Shown piece after piece: positions 1 through 12,742 of a stretch of DNA of 64,000 bases (position 1 is its first letter; every line of letters starts with the position of its first letter). The DNA is from Balanoglossus misakiensis. Taxonomy: Eukaryota; Animalia; Hemichordata. The notes beneath the pieces are model-generated. The model made no database searches. It was not told where the DNA came from and saw nothing but the letters and a program-made list of their open reading frames with translations. The stretch lies in the NCBI GenBank assembly GCA_040954595.2, contig CM082588.2, positions 8,726,844 to 8,790,843 on the forward strand. The letters run 5' to 3'. Both the position numbers and the translations under genes were made by a program.

Positions 1-793
1 TTGCTCGGGTAAGAGCCCCGGGTGCTGGGCCCCCAAATTGACGAAAAAAGCAGGGGGGTGGGGGGGGGGCGTTTGCCAGGACACCACCTCGACTTTTTTG
101 CAAATGAGGGCCTAGGGACATGAGGAAGGGGTGAATAATGATGCAAATAACATGGCAAAACATTTCACGGTCAAACATTGTACTTTATTAAATAATTAAA
201 AGTTTTTTCCCATAAATCAAATACAGAAAATATATTACAGTCGCTGCCAATTAATCGGGACACCACGGGCGCAGACAAAACATCCTGTTTAACCGGGACA
301 TTGGTAAATGGTCGATCCCACCCATGCATTTAATACTTAGACGTCGACGGACGGACGCACGTAAATACATCTATCTTTATCGTGGAAATCATGCCTTTCC
401 CTACCGGAATTTTTGAGTGGTTCATTCTCCGAGTCCAAGTCGGGATCTTCCAATTTTGGGTGTTTCGCGTCGAGGACGGACTGAAGCAGCTCCACGCGGC
501 CGCTTTGGAAAGCTCCCCGGTGACCTCATACGCGGCAGCGCGTCCATCTACGTGATCGTTGAATTCGAGGCACGGTCCCGAGGGACCTGTCTGAGGTCAT
601 GTTATCTAGAGCGGCTATCTATAACTCAGCGTGGTCAGTTGGCCGCCGTGGGTACGATAATCAGCGCGAAAGTCAATCATCATATGGAAATTGTTTGCCG
701 TCGCAGACGTTTTTTTTAATTTTCTATGGGGATGAAAATCCGCCTTTTTGCATTGCACTTTATTAAATTTCCAAGAATTTAATGGATATTCGG

Positions 794-825
<32 letters not shown>

Positions 826-922
826 CTTTAGACCGGATATAACCTCAATCTTCAAATGGGCCCTAAAACCAGGGGGGGGGGGGCGTTTGCCCGCGCAGGG
901 GCTCTTACCCAGGCAAGTACGG
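1..922. mobile_element. Non-autonomous Tc1/mariner-pogo-like element; left TIR truncated by the window edge
   Basis: Start ttgctcgggtaagagcccc is the inverted match of ggggctcttacccaggcaagtacgg ending at 922, followed by TA. CCGTA/TACGG ends with a TA target are typical of this class. No transposase ORF. Lies in an AHR intron. Confidence 0.65.
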
Positions 923-1046
923 TATACCCGATACTCTTGTCAACATAGCCTGTATGTTTGTGTTACGGCCTTTGTTATTGTTGACAAATGAATTCTGGTC
1001 CGGACTTGAATTCAAGTTGTTTGTATCAGAGTGAGTGTTGTTTTAA

Positions 1047-1361
1047 AGGGATAAAGTCTCTCTCTCGCTGCCCTTTTTCTGTTAATTATGTTTGATACAA
1101 GACACCATTTATGTTGTTCTACATGTGGATATACAGTGAACAAACGTTTGACCACACACAACTTCCATCCCGTTTGTAGGATATGAGAGTAAAAATCTCA
1201 CCAAATTGAATAAATGGTAAACACCGATTATTCATTTTGGCGAGTTTTTCACTCTCTTGTCTACATGGAAGGTGTGTGTGGTTGGACGTTAATTCACTAT
1301 ATATCGACATGTAGAATAACATAATTAACGGAAAAGGGGCAGCAAGAGAGACTTTGTCTCA
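1047..1361. mobile_element. Palindromic TTAA MITE family A (Kolobok-like)
   Basis: ttaa|agggataaagtctctctctcgctgcc ... ggcagcaagagagactttgtctca|ttaa; the element is almost entirely an inverted repeat. Other copies at 7782-8125, 10005-10948, 15211-15558, 28796-29138 and 32945-33278; partial copies near 14280-14390, 44659 and 63885-64000. Confidence 0.8.
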
Positions 1362-1388
1362 TTAATGGTTCTTTGTTTCTTTTAACAG

Positions 1389-4300
1389 ACTCACTTTTTT
1401 CCTTGGAGAGGAATTTTGTCACAAGATTCCGATGTCTGCTGGACAACTCATCAGGATTTTTGGTAATTATGCTCTTGATAACAATTATTCCACCACCTCA
1501 TTTCCACTACATGTAGCATCAAGAATTCTGGCTGCCTTAAATAGGTTTTCACTTTGTGCTAGGGGGTCAAATCACATTGCAATTTGCATCCTGGGCAAAA
1601 ACTCAACAACCCACTGTTCAATAATAATATTGAATGACATTTTTCCATCTTATCCTTGTTGATAAGCAACGTAAAATTCCTTGAAAATCCTGAAACTCGA
1701 GAAAGACTTAGCAACATAGTGTCTATCAATCAAGAAGTCTCTCACACCATTCACAATCTTTACAGGCTTTACATTTCACTGGTCGACTCAAAGTTCTGTA
1801 CGGTCAGAAGAGACGACATGAAGAGACAGGTGTCATCATTGAAGATCACACACCAGTCGGTCTCTTCGCATTAGCGTGTCCACTACAACCTCCATCAATT
1901 ATTGAAATTCATACAAGGAATATCATATTTCGTACAAAACACAAACTGGACTTCAAACCCATTTCCATCGACCCAAGGTAATTTCTTTTTTTTGTTAAAA
2001 GGACAATGCACCCTTTTCATAAGTCTAGTGCCCTCACACAGCCATCACGAATTTCAGCTCAAAGCGAGGCCAATGGGGAGAGTTGACCAATCACATTGAG
2101 GGGATTTCCCCATTGACCTCGCTTGGAGTTCAAATTCATACTAGCTGTTTGTGGACACTAGACTTATGAAAAGCTAGGGTGAATCTGCTATATATATATC
2201 CTTTTTATTTATTTTTACTTGACTGAGCTATGTGTAAAATTTTGTGAAAATGACAACAGTAGAATTTTGTTTTCTAGCAATTCTCAATGTAATCCTATGG
2301 GAAAGAGACACATGCGCGTTGTTTACCAATGTACGTTCTGTGCATACTAATACACCTTAATTTGGCTAAGCTGTGTGAAAACTTCATGAAAATGACAATA
2401 GTAGAAGTGAACTTTCTAGTAATGCTCAATGTAATCCTATTTGAAGAAACATTTCACACTCTCAAAGTGCGTTACCCTGGACAACCCCCCCCCCCCCCCC
2501 CAAGTTAAGGATGGGAGTTCCCTCGAGTGTCAGGGTCCAGTAGTGCGTGTACTTTCTCAATTAAAAAGAATGTTCTTTCCCTGTGTTTAGGGGTATTGAT
2601 TACCTTGGCTACAATGAAAAGGAGTTTTCCTCAGAAACTGCTGGTTATAATATGCTGCACTACGAAGATCTATTGTATACTGCAGAACAACATGGAAATT
2701 GTAAGTGACTTTGATGTTGTTACTGTATATCTCCTCCCATCCTTTCTGTGGAATCTGAAGTCTGCCCAATCCATGGAGTTCAATTCTGGCTGCATTAAAT
2801 AGGTTGCATGAAGATTGCTTCTAATTGTGCTGTTCCGATCTAATACCCCTCCTACCCTAATTTCAACCCGCAGACCCTAAACATTTCAGAGCTTCGTAAA
2901 CCCGGAAGTAAAAATAATAATGTCAAATATACAAAATTTTTGAAAACTGCACAAATCACGCAAGAACTATGAAAAAATCGTGCACATCACGCAAGAACTA
3001 TGACACCATTCTTCTACACCAGAGGCCAGAGAAATAAAAAAAAAAGTAAAAAAAAAAAAATGTCCCTACCTACCTACCCTTTTTTCGTAAACCATGTAAT
3101 CGGAACAGCACAAGCGTAATCCATTGCAGTAGTCTAAGATATTACTTTTCTTATCAATGATTTTTATATGAATTTTTTTAATATGAAATTAATCAATAAT
3201 GCTTATCTGTTTAATGATTAATGTTATTTTATTAATAGTGCTGAAGAAAGGAGAAACTGGTTTCATTTATTTCCGTTTAATGACAAAACATGGTTCATGG
3301 CTTTGGGTACAGGCCAAGGGAAGAGTAATATTTAAGAACAGCAAACCAGATTATATTATATCCACACATAGACCAATGAGGTAAGGGGATTTTGTCTTTA
3401 CAGCTCCATTAGCTGTATCTTTTCAATGTGTTTTAAAGGGAAGGGGCCGTAGCGTCGTGTAGGTGTCCCCCTTGATGAGAATATGTCCTCCCATACCAGC
3501 ACAAACCTCACTGTAGTTGCCACTACCTACTTTTTCGCCAGTAGTTGGTCTATGGGCAAAACATTTAATAAAGTATATCTCACAATAGAAAGTGATAACC
3601 ATTTGATTTTATTTTGACCAATAAATTTATTTTTACTTGTAAAATTTCGTGAAAATGACAATAATAGAATTGAGTTTTCTAGCAATCTTACAAATAATTC
3701 ATGTATGACTTGTGAGTCATATATAGTCACTGCTAGTGAGTTACTGTCAACTTTTCCCGTGATTTCACACTTGCGGTCACTTATGCTGAGATATTTGTGT
3801 TTGTGTTTTGTCCCTATAGTGATGATGAAGGCAACCAACACTTGGCACAACGTGGATCATTTCGTAAATTTCCATTTGGAGGGCAAGCAGTGTTGTACAG
3901 CTGTAACGAGCCACCCAAACCACCATTCATTCCACCAGGTAGGGCTGATTACACTCCACTTTTTGGAGAACATAGTCTGTGTCAGAGATGTTGGAAAGAC
4001 TGGGTGAAAGAAGGAACAAAACTAAAATCTACTTATACTGTGGAATAAAATGTGGAATCTTTTTTTCTTATTTTCAATGTCAACATATGTGCTTGTATAA
4101 TTCTCAAAGATAATTCTCGCATAAATTTTACGTTGTGATTTTTTCGTCCAGGCATGGATTTCCCCTTTCCCGCTGGAAGTGACAGAAAGATGAACGACTT
4201 GGTTCCTCATCTCAAGAGTAACGGCAGCTATCTGCCCAACTATCAAGATTGCGCGGTCAAAGTGGAGAATATGTGTCTGAATACAGACGGTAGCTGTGCC

Positions 4301-5883
4301 GACCAGACAATGCATGTGCCGTTGATTACGGACGCCACGCACAGTGTTACCATGACAACAGGGATGCAGCAACACGACTATCGGATGGGATCTCAGGGTT
4401 ACTACGGCAGCTATAGTTACAGCAACGAAGGGTATAGTTACAGGAACTATTATTCCTCGCAGCAGTTCGGTCAAGATGAACATTACAAAGGGGAGGGGCA
4501 CCACGCGTATAAAGAAACCCCAAATGGCCTCTTGCAACCGCTTCAAAATGGCTTCATGTTCTCAGGGGACAGCGTGATGCCAGCAATGCATATGAACTAT
4601 TACAGTACTCCCAACTACAGACCGAATGACTGTGAAACAAACAACACACACCCGGCCAATCACAATTCACACCAGAGTCTCGTCGCCATGGACACAACCA
4701 ATGAAACAGCAGCTCAGAATGTCCTGCCAGTCACAGCCAATCAGATGGCCGCGTGTCAGTTCCAGCAGTCAGGGTTTGAGGATACCAAATTATGTGGCAG
4801 TTACCACGGTGATGGGCAGTCCACACCTCTTAGTTCCCAAATCAAACCGGCAACAGGCAAAGCGAAGTATAATTCATCAAAGGAATGTGAGGCGACAAAG
4901 GAGACATTACAATATGGTTATTCCAGTTGCTGTGTTACAAAATCGCCCACTGCAGGGAATATGTGGACGGAGGGAAAGATCTCACCCTGTAAGGACACTT
5001 ATGCCAGTGCATACAGCAATAGTGTTCCATACATGCAGATCACAACGGATGATGAACACATCTATGGCAACACACTGCATGTAAGTATTACATTGTGTTT
5101 GTTACAGATTGTTAAGGTAGATGACTATACCCAGATGCAGTGCGTGGTTATCACATTCCATAGCCTTACATGTAGAATTTTGAGAAAACAGTGTTACAAT
5201 ATTGTCATTTTCTTGAAATTTTTCAAGAAAGGTGCCAATGTCATAAAATGATATAAAAGAAAACACTATGTCACCGTGCTTGATTTTATTTTGATAGAAC
5301 TGTTCAGATATTTTCACCCTAGGAAAACTGAAGCATTGCGAGTGAGAGAAAAGTGCTGACATGACTATCGGTCACCTATGCAAATTTGGCTACAGTTACC
5401 ATGGTAAACTTGAGATCTAGCCAATCACAGATTTTCAGTGGGTGGCACACGCGAAAAAAGAGCACCACCATATGTTCTTTAGAACGCTCAAAAACGCCAT
5501 TTCAGCCATATGTGGGCGTATGTAAATTGGAAGTGACTGTATACATTTAAAGTTGTGACAATGATTATGAGATTAGGTACAGCTGAATTTTTGAAAACCA
5601 AATATTCTTTGCTGTTGAAAATCAAGCTTGCCAACCTCTGTTGTTGTTTTTTCTTTGGAAAATATTCTTGAAATGACAGTTGTGTTTTAGTAATAATTTT
5701 CTACTGTTGCTATTTCAGGAAAGAGCAGATTACCAGAACCAGTCTGTCAATGCTTGTACACCAGAGCATGGTACGGCCTGTAACTATGGCAACTCAGATA
5801 ATGAGAATGGGTCCTCAACAAATGTTCAACAACCTTTGATTTCCTTCTCTGCATTGGCTGATACTTTACTTGGAGAGAAGTAA
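1389..5883 (+). CDS. AHR: Aryl hydrocarbon receptor (bHLH-PAS), 3' part. Exons 1389-1462, 1766-1977, 2591-2700, 3239-3380, 3820-3938, 4152-5080, 5719-5883; 5' exons lie outside the window
   Basis: All introns are GT-AG and phase-compatible. The translation gives AHR hallmarks: LERNFVTRFRCLLDNSSGFL, LFALACPLQPPSIIEIHTRNIIFRTKHKLDF, LGYNEKE...GYNMLHYEDLLY, KKGETGFIYFRLMTK..WLWVQAKGRVIFKNSKPDYIISTHRPMSDDEG..HL...GQAVLY. A long low-complexity transactivation-type exon follows, then stop TAA at 5881-5883. Confidence 0.95.
2011..2180. mobile_element. Short palindromic MITE with piggyBac-like CCC/GGG ends
   Basis: cccttttcataagtctagtg ... cactagacttatgaaaagctaggg inverted repeat; a related left arm preceded by ttaa occurs near 52350-52420. 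Confidence 0.5.
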
Positions 5884-6102
5884 CTCTAATGTCTCATTAA
5901 CAGTTCTGAAAGATGACAGGAAAACCCTCCAGAAAATGGACGTTCAAGTTACCAAGTTTTGCATTCTGCATCTTAAAACGGTTCTGTGGTGATAGGCTTA
6001 GCCTTAGACTTCTGTGTTCTATGAACACCAGAACTACAACCGAGTACAAACTGAAAACCCTGTACATATGGATTAGAGTCATGTAATTGTATGGTTGGCA
6101 CC

Positions 6103-6582
6103 TAGCCTGGTCACCAGACCCAGTGTGTTTTACATAGACTCACACACACAAGGGCCTGGCCACGCAGTCAACTATCTTCCATTTTGAAGATCTGCATGTC
6201 AATAGAACTCAAAATGCGATGTCACAGCAATGAGGTCACCACATGGTCTTGACTCTGATGTCGTTCAAGTCAATCACCTTTTATACCCGACACACTACTG
6301 ATTGGCCGGAGCAATGACCCGGGCGTTGCTAATAGTTGGAACGTAATTAGCATTAATTAGCAACATCTGTTCCATGGTAACGGCCAATCAGTAGTGTGTC
6401 GCGTACAGTGATTGACTTGAACGACGTCAGAGTCAGAACCATGTGGTGACCTCGTTGCCGTGACATCGCATTTTGAGTTCTATTGACATGCAGATTTTTC
6501 AAAATCCAAGAGAGTTGACTGCGTGTCCAGACCCTTGTGTTTGAGTCTATCAAAAACACACTGGTTATGGAGACCAGGCTTA
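6103..6582. mobile_element. Foldback MITE with 10-bp TSD (Academ-like TAG termini) in the probable AHR 3' UTR
   Basis: ggttggcacc at 6093-6102 and 6583-6592 flanks tagcctgg...ccaggctta; the two halves are inverted copies over about 200 bp. Confidence 0.8.
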
Positions 6583-7781
6583 GGTTGGCACCACAGTTCA
6601 ATTAAATTTTATACTTTACCTGATCTGTAATTCTTTTCGCGCCTGAATTTCTACCCACTTTATTTGCTCGTGGTTATTTTCAGCTGTCATTTACTTGATA
6701 ACAAAATAGGAAACACACTGACTTCTCAAAAAGAAATTCCATATAAATTTTCACCTTTGAACTCTGACCCCCTGGTGACTATTGACTTCATGTCGTTTCA
6801 ATCACAAGGGCCGGGCATACAAGCAGACACGTGAAAACATTGCGAAAAGTCAGTACAGAGAAGATCTATTGCAGTGAGACTTGGGAGGACTTTGGTTCAA
6901 TCCAGTGGCACAGCTACTTTCAATACATGTACTTTCAAGTTCTCATTCAGTCTTAAAGTTCCAAGAGCTGCCAGGTTTTGCATGCTTATTTTCATGATTT
7001 TACTTTTCAACTTAGATTGGTTCATCTAAATCAGTGTACTGATAGGTATACATGAACATCTCATCAACGCTCGATTGTGGCTGTATGTTGCAATTTGAAC
7101 ACGCTATGTATTAAACAGGTGCCACACCGATTTAATCAGTTCCCATACAAAGAGTACACAACGAACATTTTATACCTTACCAAGAGATGACAAACTGATG
7201 CAAATACATGTACAAATAATAATTGGAATTTAAACTAAAGGCTAGGAAGAAGATTTGAAGTATTTTAGGGACTGGTCAGTATATTCTGCCCCAGGGGTGG
7301 GGTGGGGGATGGATTATATTTTGTGGATATCAAAAAGTGACTCACGCTCCCCCCCCCCCTCCATCATTCAATTCAAAAGCAGGGTGACCCCACCCATGAA
7401 TCACATCCCCCAACCCCACCCCCGGCCAAAGAAACTGACCAAGTCCCATATTGTGGAAAAATATGTGAAATTCGGTAGTTCATGGGCTTTTATTAATACC
7501 TTTGAAAAACTCATGCTATCAGCATAGTTTGCCAGAGTGCACTGTTTACTACCAACCATATTGAATCTTTGGTTTCAGCAGTACTGTACTCTCTGTATCT
7601 CAGAAAGGAATTGTTGCACTTAAAGTGAAGGGGTCATCGCGCCGCAATACATGTACATTGTAGGCTATTCTAGTCATTGTGATGAGAACTTAGACAGCAG
7701 ATTGATTCCGTATGATCAAGTATCATTCATGAAAAAAGATAATTTATTCAACTTTGGTGTATCAAATTTCTGATTAGTTAA

Positions 7782-8125
7782 AGGGACAAAGTCTCTCTCT
7801 CGCTGCCTATTTATCATTAATTATGTTTGAAACAAGACACCATTATTCTACATGTGGATATATAGTGAATCAATGTTCGACCACACACAACTTCCATCCC
7901 GTTTGTAGAATATGAGAGTAAAAATCTCACCAAAATGAATAAACGGTAGAGACCAATTATTCATTTTGGTGAGTTTTTTCACTCTCTTGTCTACAAGCGG
8001 GATGGGAGGTGTGTGTGGTTGAACGTTGATTTAATATGTATATCCACATATAGAATAACATAAACAGTGTCTTGTATCAAATATAATTAATGGAAAAAAG
8101 GCAGGGAGAGAGAGACTTTGTCCCT
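7782..8125. mobile_element. MITE family A copy
   Basis: ttaa|agggacaaagtctctctct ... agagagactttgtccct|ttac. Confidence 0.85.
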
Positions 8126-8291
8126 TTACAGCGTATTTTTCTTGTCCAATTTGTGAGAAGTCTTCCATGTAATCTTATTTTCCGTAGTTCCCTTCAGTGT
8201 GCATACACTTCCGTCTGTAATGTCTGTAATGATGGAAATGTGGAATTGTATACTAGGAATTTAATATTCATAAACTTGGTCTGATTTTTAA

Positions 8292-8442
8292 AGGTACAGG
8301 GTCACTTTCAATTTACATATGCCCATAAATGGCAAAAATGGCGTATCTGAGTTTTCTAAAGAACAAATCGTGGCGCACTTTTGGCTAGATCTCAATTTGC
8401 CATGGTAACTGTAGCTAAATTTGCATAGGTGACTGTATACCT
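8292..8442. mobile_element. TTAA MITE family C (aggtatacagtcac ends)
   Basis: ttaa|aggtacagggtcact ... gtgactgtatacct|ttaa; related copies near 5360-5546 and 51440-51622. Confidence 0.7.
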
Positions 8443-10319
8443 TTAACATTGAGAAATTATCATGTGATTGCTCAGAGCCAAGTAGAACAATCTTCTCATA
8501 CAGAAAATCATGACATTGTAACAAACTGTTTACATGTGTTTGGTATCACGTTTTAGTCATATCCAACTTCAATTAGTGATGGTGTACAGGTTTGTATTTC
8601 AATCTGTTCAACATTTTCCTACATCTAAATGTTTGTGTTCAAAAAGACCAAGATCAACATTGTAATTACTTTCTACATAGCCACGCCTTCCAGTTTGTCT
8701 ATGATTTTTTCTTGCTGTTCCAAGGAATTTCTTGGTTTTTCAGACCAAACATGGCAGAGCAATTTTACATGAATACAATCACCTCTAATTTACATATGCC
8801 CGGCCCATATATGGAATATAGGGCACCCAGTAAAAATATGTGATTTACTAGATCTCAACTTTTCATGGTAACTGTGGCTTAACACAGGCATGTCAAAAAA
8901 TCTTCTTTTTTTTTAAGTGAAATCTTAAATGAAAAAACTGATAATAGATAAATTTATCTTTTTCTATCTCAAGCAAAGTTGTCAAATGTTGGTGATTATG
9001 TGAACAGCAGTCCAAAATAGAGACCCATGGAATGGGTCTTATCTGTTGATGTGTGCATGTTTACACCCTTTTGCATGTGACTTTGTAGTGTTTTGTAAAA
9101 AACAACCAAACATGCAATGGTTAACATTTGTCCAAACTTATGAACAATTGATAGTCTTTTCCGAAATCCTGCTCAGACATGTCTAAATTTGAATTCAAAT
9201 TCGGTTACAACTACTGTTTCATGATATGGTCAAATATTTTAGCCTTGTCAATCATTCCAACTTCAGATTTTCCAGAGGTTCTACCCAGATATACCTCATC
9301 CACATATTCATATATCAGTTCTAATGTATTTCTCATCACCAGGCTTACTGATGACTCATTTCTCAAAATAATTGCTGATCAAATTTAGCTTGTGCAGCCG
9401 GACTCTGAATAGAAACCTTGCGTGCTTTGCAATTACTTTATAACAGCACCAGATGTAACACTCATGTAAAATGATAATTCAAAGCAAAACATGCAAATGT
9501 AGCTGTACAGGTAGATGTTATCAACCATTAAAGTCACATGACTGTCGCTATGATAATAGTCACTAAATGTTTACTTTTTCTGCTTTGGAAACTTTGTCCA
9601 AAAGTACTTGCCAATTTCACAGGATCTCACAAAACTCATTTTCAGTTTTATTTAGAATGTTACAAGTTAATTGACTGTATTAAAAATCAAAATGTCCTTA
9701 ACATATTGTAAATATGTCTTAATAATATTAAATATTTTATTATTTTATTTATACCTTGAAATCATGTGATGTCATGTAAGAGTAGTGACGTTTCATGTTA
9801 TCAGAGGACAGTTAAAACTGTATTCACTTTATTACAATTTTAAATATATCAGATCAGTGTCTCTTCTGTATGATCTCTGAAAATGGTGTTATTTATTGTT
9901 AATAGTTTCCAATAGACTAGTATTATTTTGTCTTTGATAGGTTTAGTTTCCAGCCCTGTCCGATGGAGTATTTTAGCAACACAACATGTCTAACATGTTA
10001 TTTAAGGGACAAAGTCTCTCTCTCTCGCTGCCGTTTTTCCATTGATTATGTTTGATACAAGACACTGTTTATGTTATTCTTCATGTGGATATATAGTGAA
10101 TCAACTTTCGACCACAAACAAATTCCATCCTGCATGTATGATATGAGAGTAAACATCTTGCCAAAATGAATAAATGGTAGAGACCGATTATTCATTTTGG
10201 CGAGTTTTTTCACTCTCATGTTTACAAGCAGGATGGAAGTTGTGTGTGGTCGAACGTTGATTCACTATATATCCACATGTACATTAACATAAAAAGTGTC
10301 TTGTATCAAACATAATTAA

Positions 10320-10911
10320 AGCCCCAGTATTTCTCGTGTGTATCCATTTTTCATCATCGAAAAATGCCCGTTTTTCCTGTACATTCATCATGGAATACTA
10401 CATAATGAAGATATAAGAAAGGTTTGGGCAACTGTAGCTACGTGCAAGCTGTAAATATTGCCCGTAACACTTGAAATGATGCGCGGGTTTGTTTACAACG
10501 GAAATGTTGTACATGTCGATCAGCAAACGTGCCACTTTGACATTTGATGGTCAGACCATTTTCGGATTTGATCTGGTTCCATCGACTGATTTCTCCCATA
10601 AAGTTATCTTCCCAAAATTTCGCCGAATTAGTGCGCATTTCCTCGCTGAGTCGCTTGATTTGGGGCGACCAAACCTCTTCCGCATAGATTCACATTGGAG
10701 TGCGCATGCGCACTAGTCACATGTGTCAACAGAGCCTGACTTTCTGTCCGGACAGAAAGTCATTCTTCACTCGTTATATTGTAAATTGTATGAGTTTATG
10801 AGCAGAGCTGGGGATGATGACTGTTCGATTCAGTATCAATTATCATCTACTTTTAGAAATTATAGATGCCGTTTCAAACAAAATTTTGCCCCTACGAGAA
10901 ATACTGAGGCT
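10320..10911. mobile_element. Kolobok-like non-autonomous element nested in a family A MITE
   Basis: TTAA at 10316-10319 and 10912-10915; TIRs agccccagtatttctcgt / acgagaaatactgaggct; absent (single ttaa) from the paralogous site near 15521. Confidence 0.9.
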
Positions 10912-11457
10912 TTAATAGGAAAAGGGCAGCGAGAGAGACTTTGTCCCTTTAAACTTGTGTTGTTGCCATGCCTACATGTAGCATAGATAAGAAGTGAAAA
11001 GAAACTTCAAAAGATTCCTATTTCCATGGAAGGTAAAATAAACTTGAAGAATTATGGTCAACATTTGTGTAATCTGTGTATTATTTGTCATTTGTTTGTT
11101 GGATTTTGGTCAGAATTTTTATAAAATGTATACTCTGTTATATGTATACACCAATCATTAAAGCTCCATTAGCTTTAAAGCCTCAATAGCTGCAACATTT
11201 ACCATAGATTTACTTATTGAAATACTTCAATATTCTCTTTCTCCTTAGTTGACAAATGACACTATTTCGACTTTGTGGGGATTTTAATACCCATATGCAC
11301 ATACACCACAAAAGTGGTGTACTATTGCAAAGGGCAGTTGCATAAACGGGTGTGGCAACAGTTTATTATTTAGCTTGTTCACATTTGAATGTACAGCCAC
11401 AATCAGAGGTTGATAAAGTGTGTGTGTATACTAGTACCCACCAGTAAACTGACTTAA

Positions 11458-11798
11458 GGATGTACGCGCAGAACGTACACTGGTTAACAGCGAGCATGTG
11501 TCTCTTTCCCATAGGATTACATTGATAATTGCTAGAAAACTTACTTCTATACTATTGTCATTTTCACAATTTTTTTACAGTAAACTCAGTAAAGTAAAAA
11601 ATAAATTCATTAGTCAAATAAAATAGTGAGGTCACCGCACTCTATTTTGCGATAAACTTAGCTAAAAAATTTCCCCATAGACAAACCATTGGTGAAAAAT
11701 GCTGAGTCGGCAGTTTTCAACAGTTACTATTATCATGGTATTATCGACTAAATTCATGGCTCTGTATTTCAAAAACAAGCGCGGCTGAACGTACATCC
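11458..11798. mobile_element. TTAA MITE family B (ggatgtacg/cgtacatcc ends)
   Basis: ttaa|ggatgtacgcgcag ... ctgaacgtacatcc|ttga. Copies or fragments at 16068-16408, about 18456-18865, about 27735-28063, near 28790, about 2200-2340 and about 3540-3700. Confidence 0.75.
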
Positions 11799-12742
11799 TT
11801 GAATTTGTAAATTGAACGTAAATGTATATGTAACTCATCTGTATAATGTATGGGAGCCCAGTTCTGTTACTGTTTGTAGGTCTGGAAGTGTTAGGGTTCT
11901 CAGATAACAGTCTGACTGTGTCAGCTTACTCGCACGTTGTAATAGGGCCTATGGTTGCAATAAAAAGGTGTGTGTAGGTTTCAACATGGACGTCCATGGT
12001 TTCAAATACACGCACCTCTTTGTCTCCTGTCTATTCAGCCATAGACCCTAGGGTCTATGATTCAGCTAATGACACGCGGGGACTTTGCCGATTTTTGACA
12101 ACCAAAGCACATTTCACATAGTCCATTAAATGATTCGTCTTTTCTTCCCCGAAAATGAGATTAAGTGCAAAATTCTGAAAGTCAAAGTATTTCAAAGTGT
12201 ATGTCATAGTTCTACCCGGCTAGGCAATGCGTTCTACGCGTGTACGTCTGCCGATTCTAAGCTAATCTCCTGACACACATGGATCTTCCCTCCATTTGAA
12301 TCCCAACTTCTGTGCATCGAGCGATTTATTTATTTGGCACATCACGGCCACTCGGTACAGTAACGGGTTGAATTCAAATGCAAGTATTTAAAATGTTAGT
12401 AAAATGACTTGAAGTATGAACGTCATCGGATGTCAATGCTGCGATTCTTCACATACTATTACCATGATTACAGCACATTACGTAAGAGCATTGCCTATAT
12501 GCTTTGTCTAGGGACAGAGAAGATGACAATGCGACCATCACCCACCCACCCCGATCACTGCTGGAACAATACAGTACACGTCAGTGGTGAGTGACCGTGG
12601 ACGTGGTGTAGGCCTATCAGACAAACCAAAATTGGCAAACGTGTGAGGCGAGATCTGAATTTTCAGGCCACCATTCAGTTATTGAACAGACTCTGTCCCC
12701 CTCTCCCAGGGTCTATGGTTATTGGAAGGAACTGTTGTCAAC

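Larger units (their letters stand above)
9195..12510 (+). repeat. Segmental duplication, copy 1 (distal AHR 3' flank plus upstream region of the SGNH gene)
   Basis: Near-identical to 14412-17112 (both start tcaaattcggttacaactactg and end ttgccta.tgctttgtcta), apart from an insertion at 10320-10911. Confidence 0.95.

Noticed and set aside
4022-5084. ORFs 4022-4546 (-) and 4626-5084 (+)
   Set aside because: Shadow frames of the large AHR exon; likewise the alternative-frame ORFs overlapping both SGNH copies.
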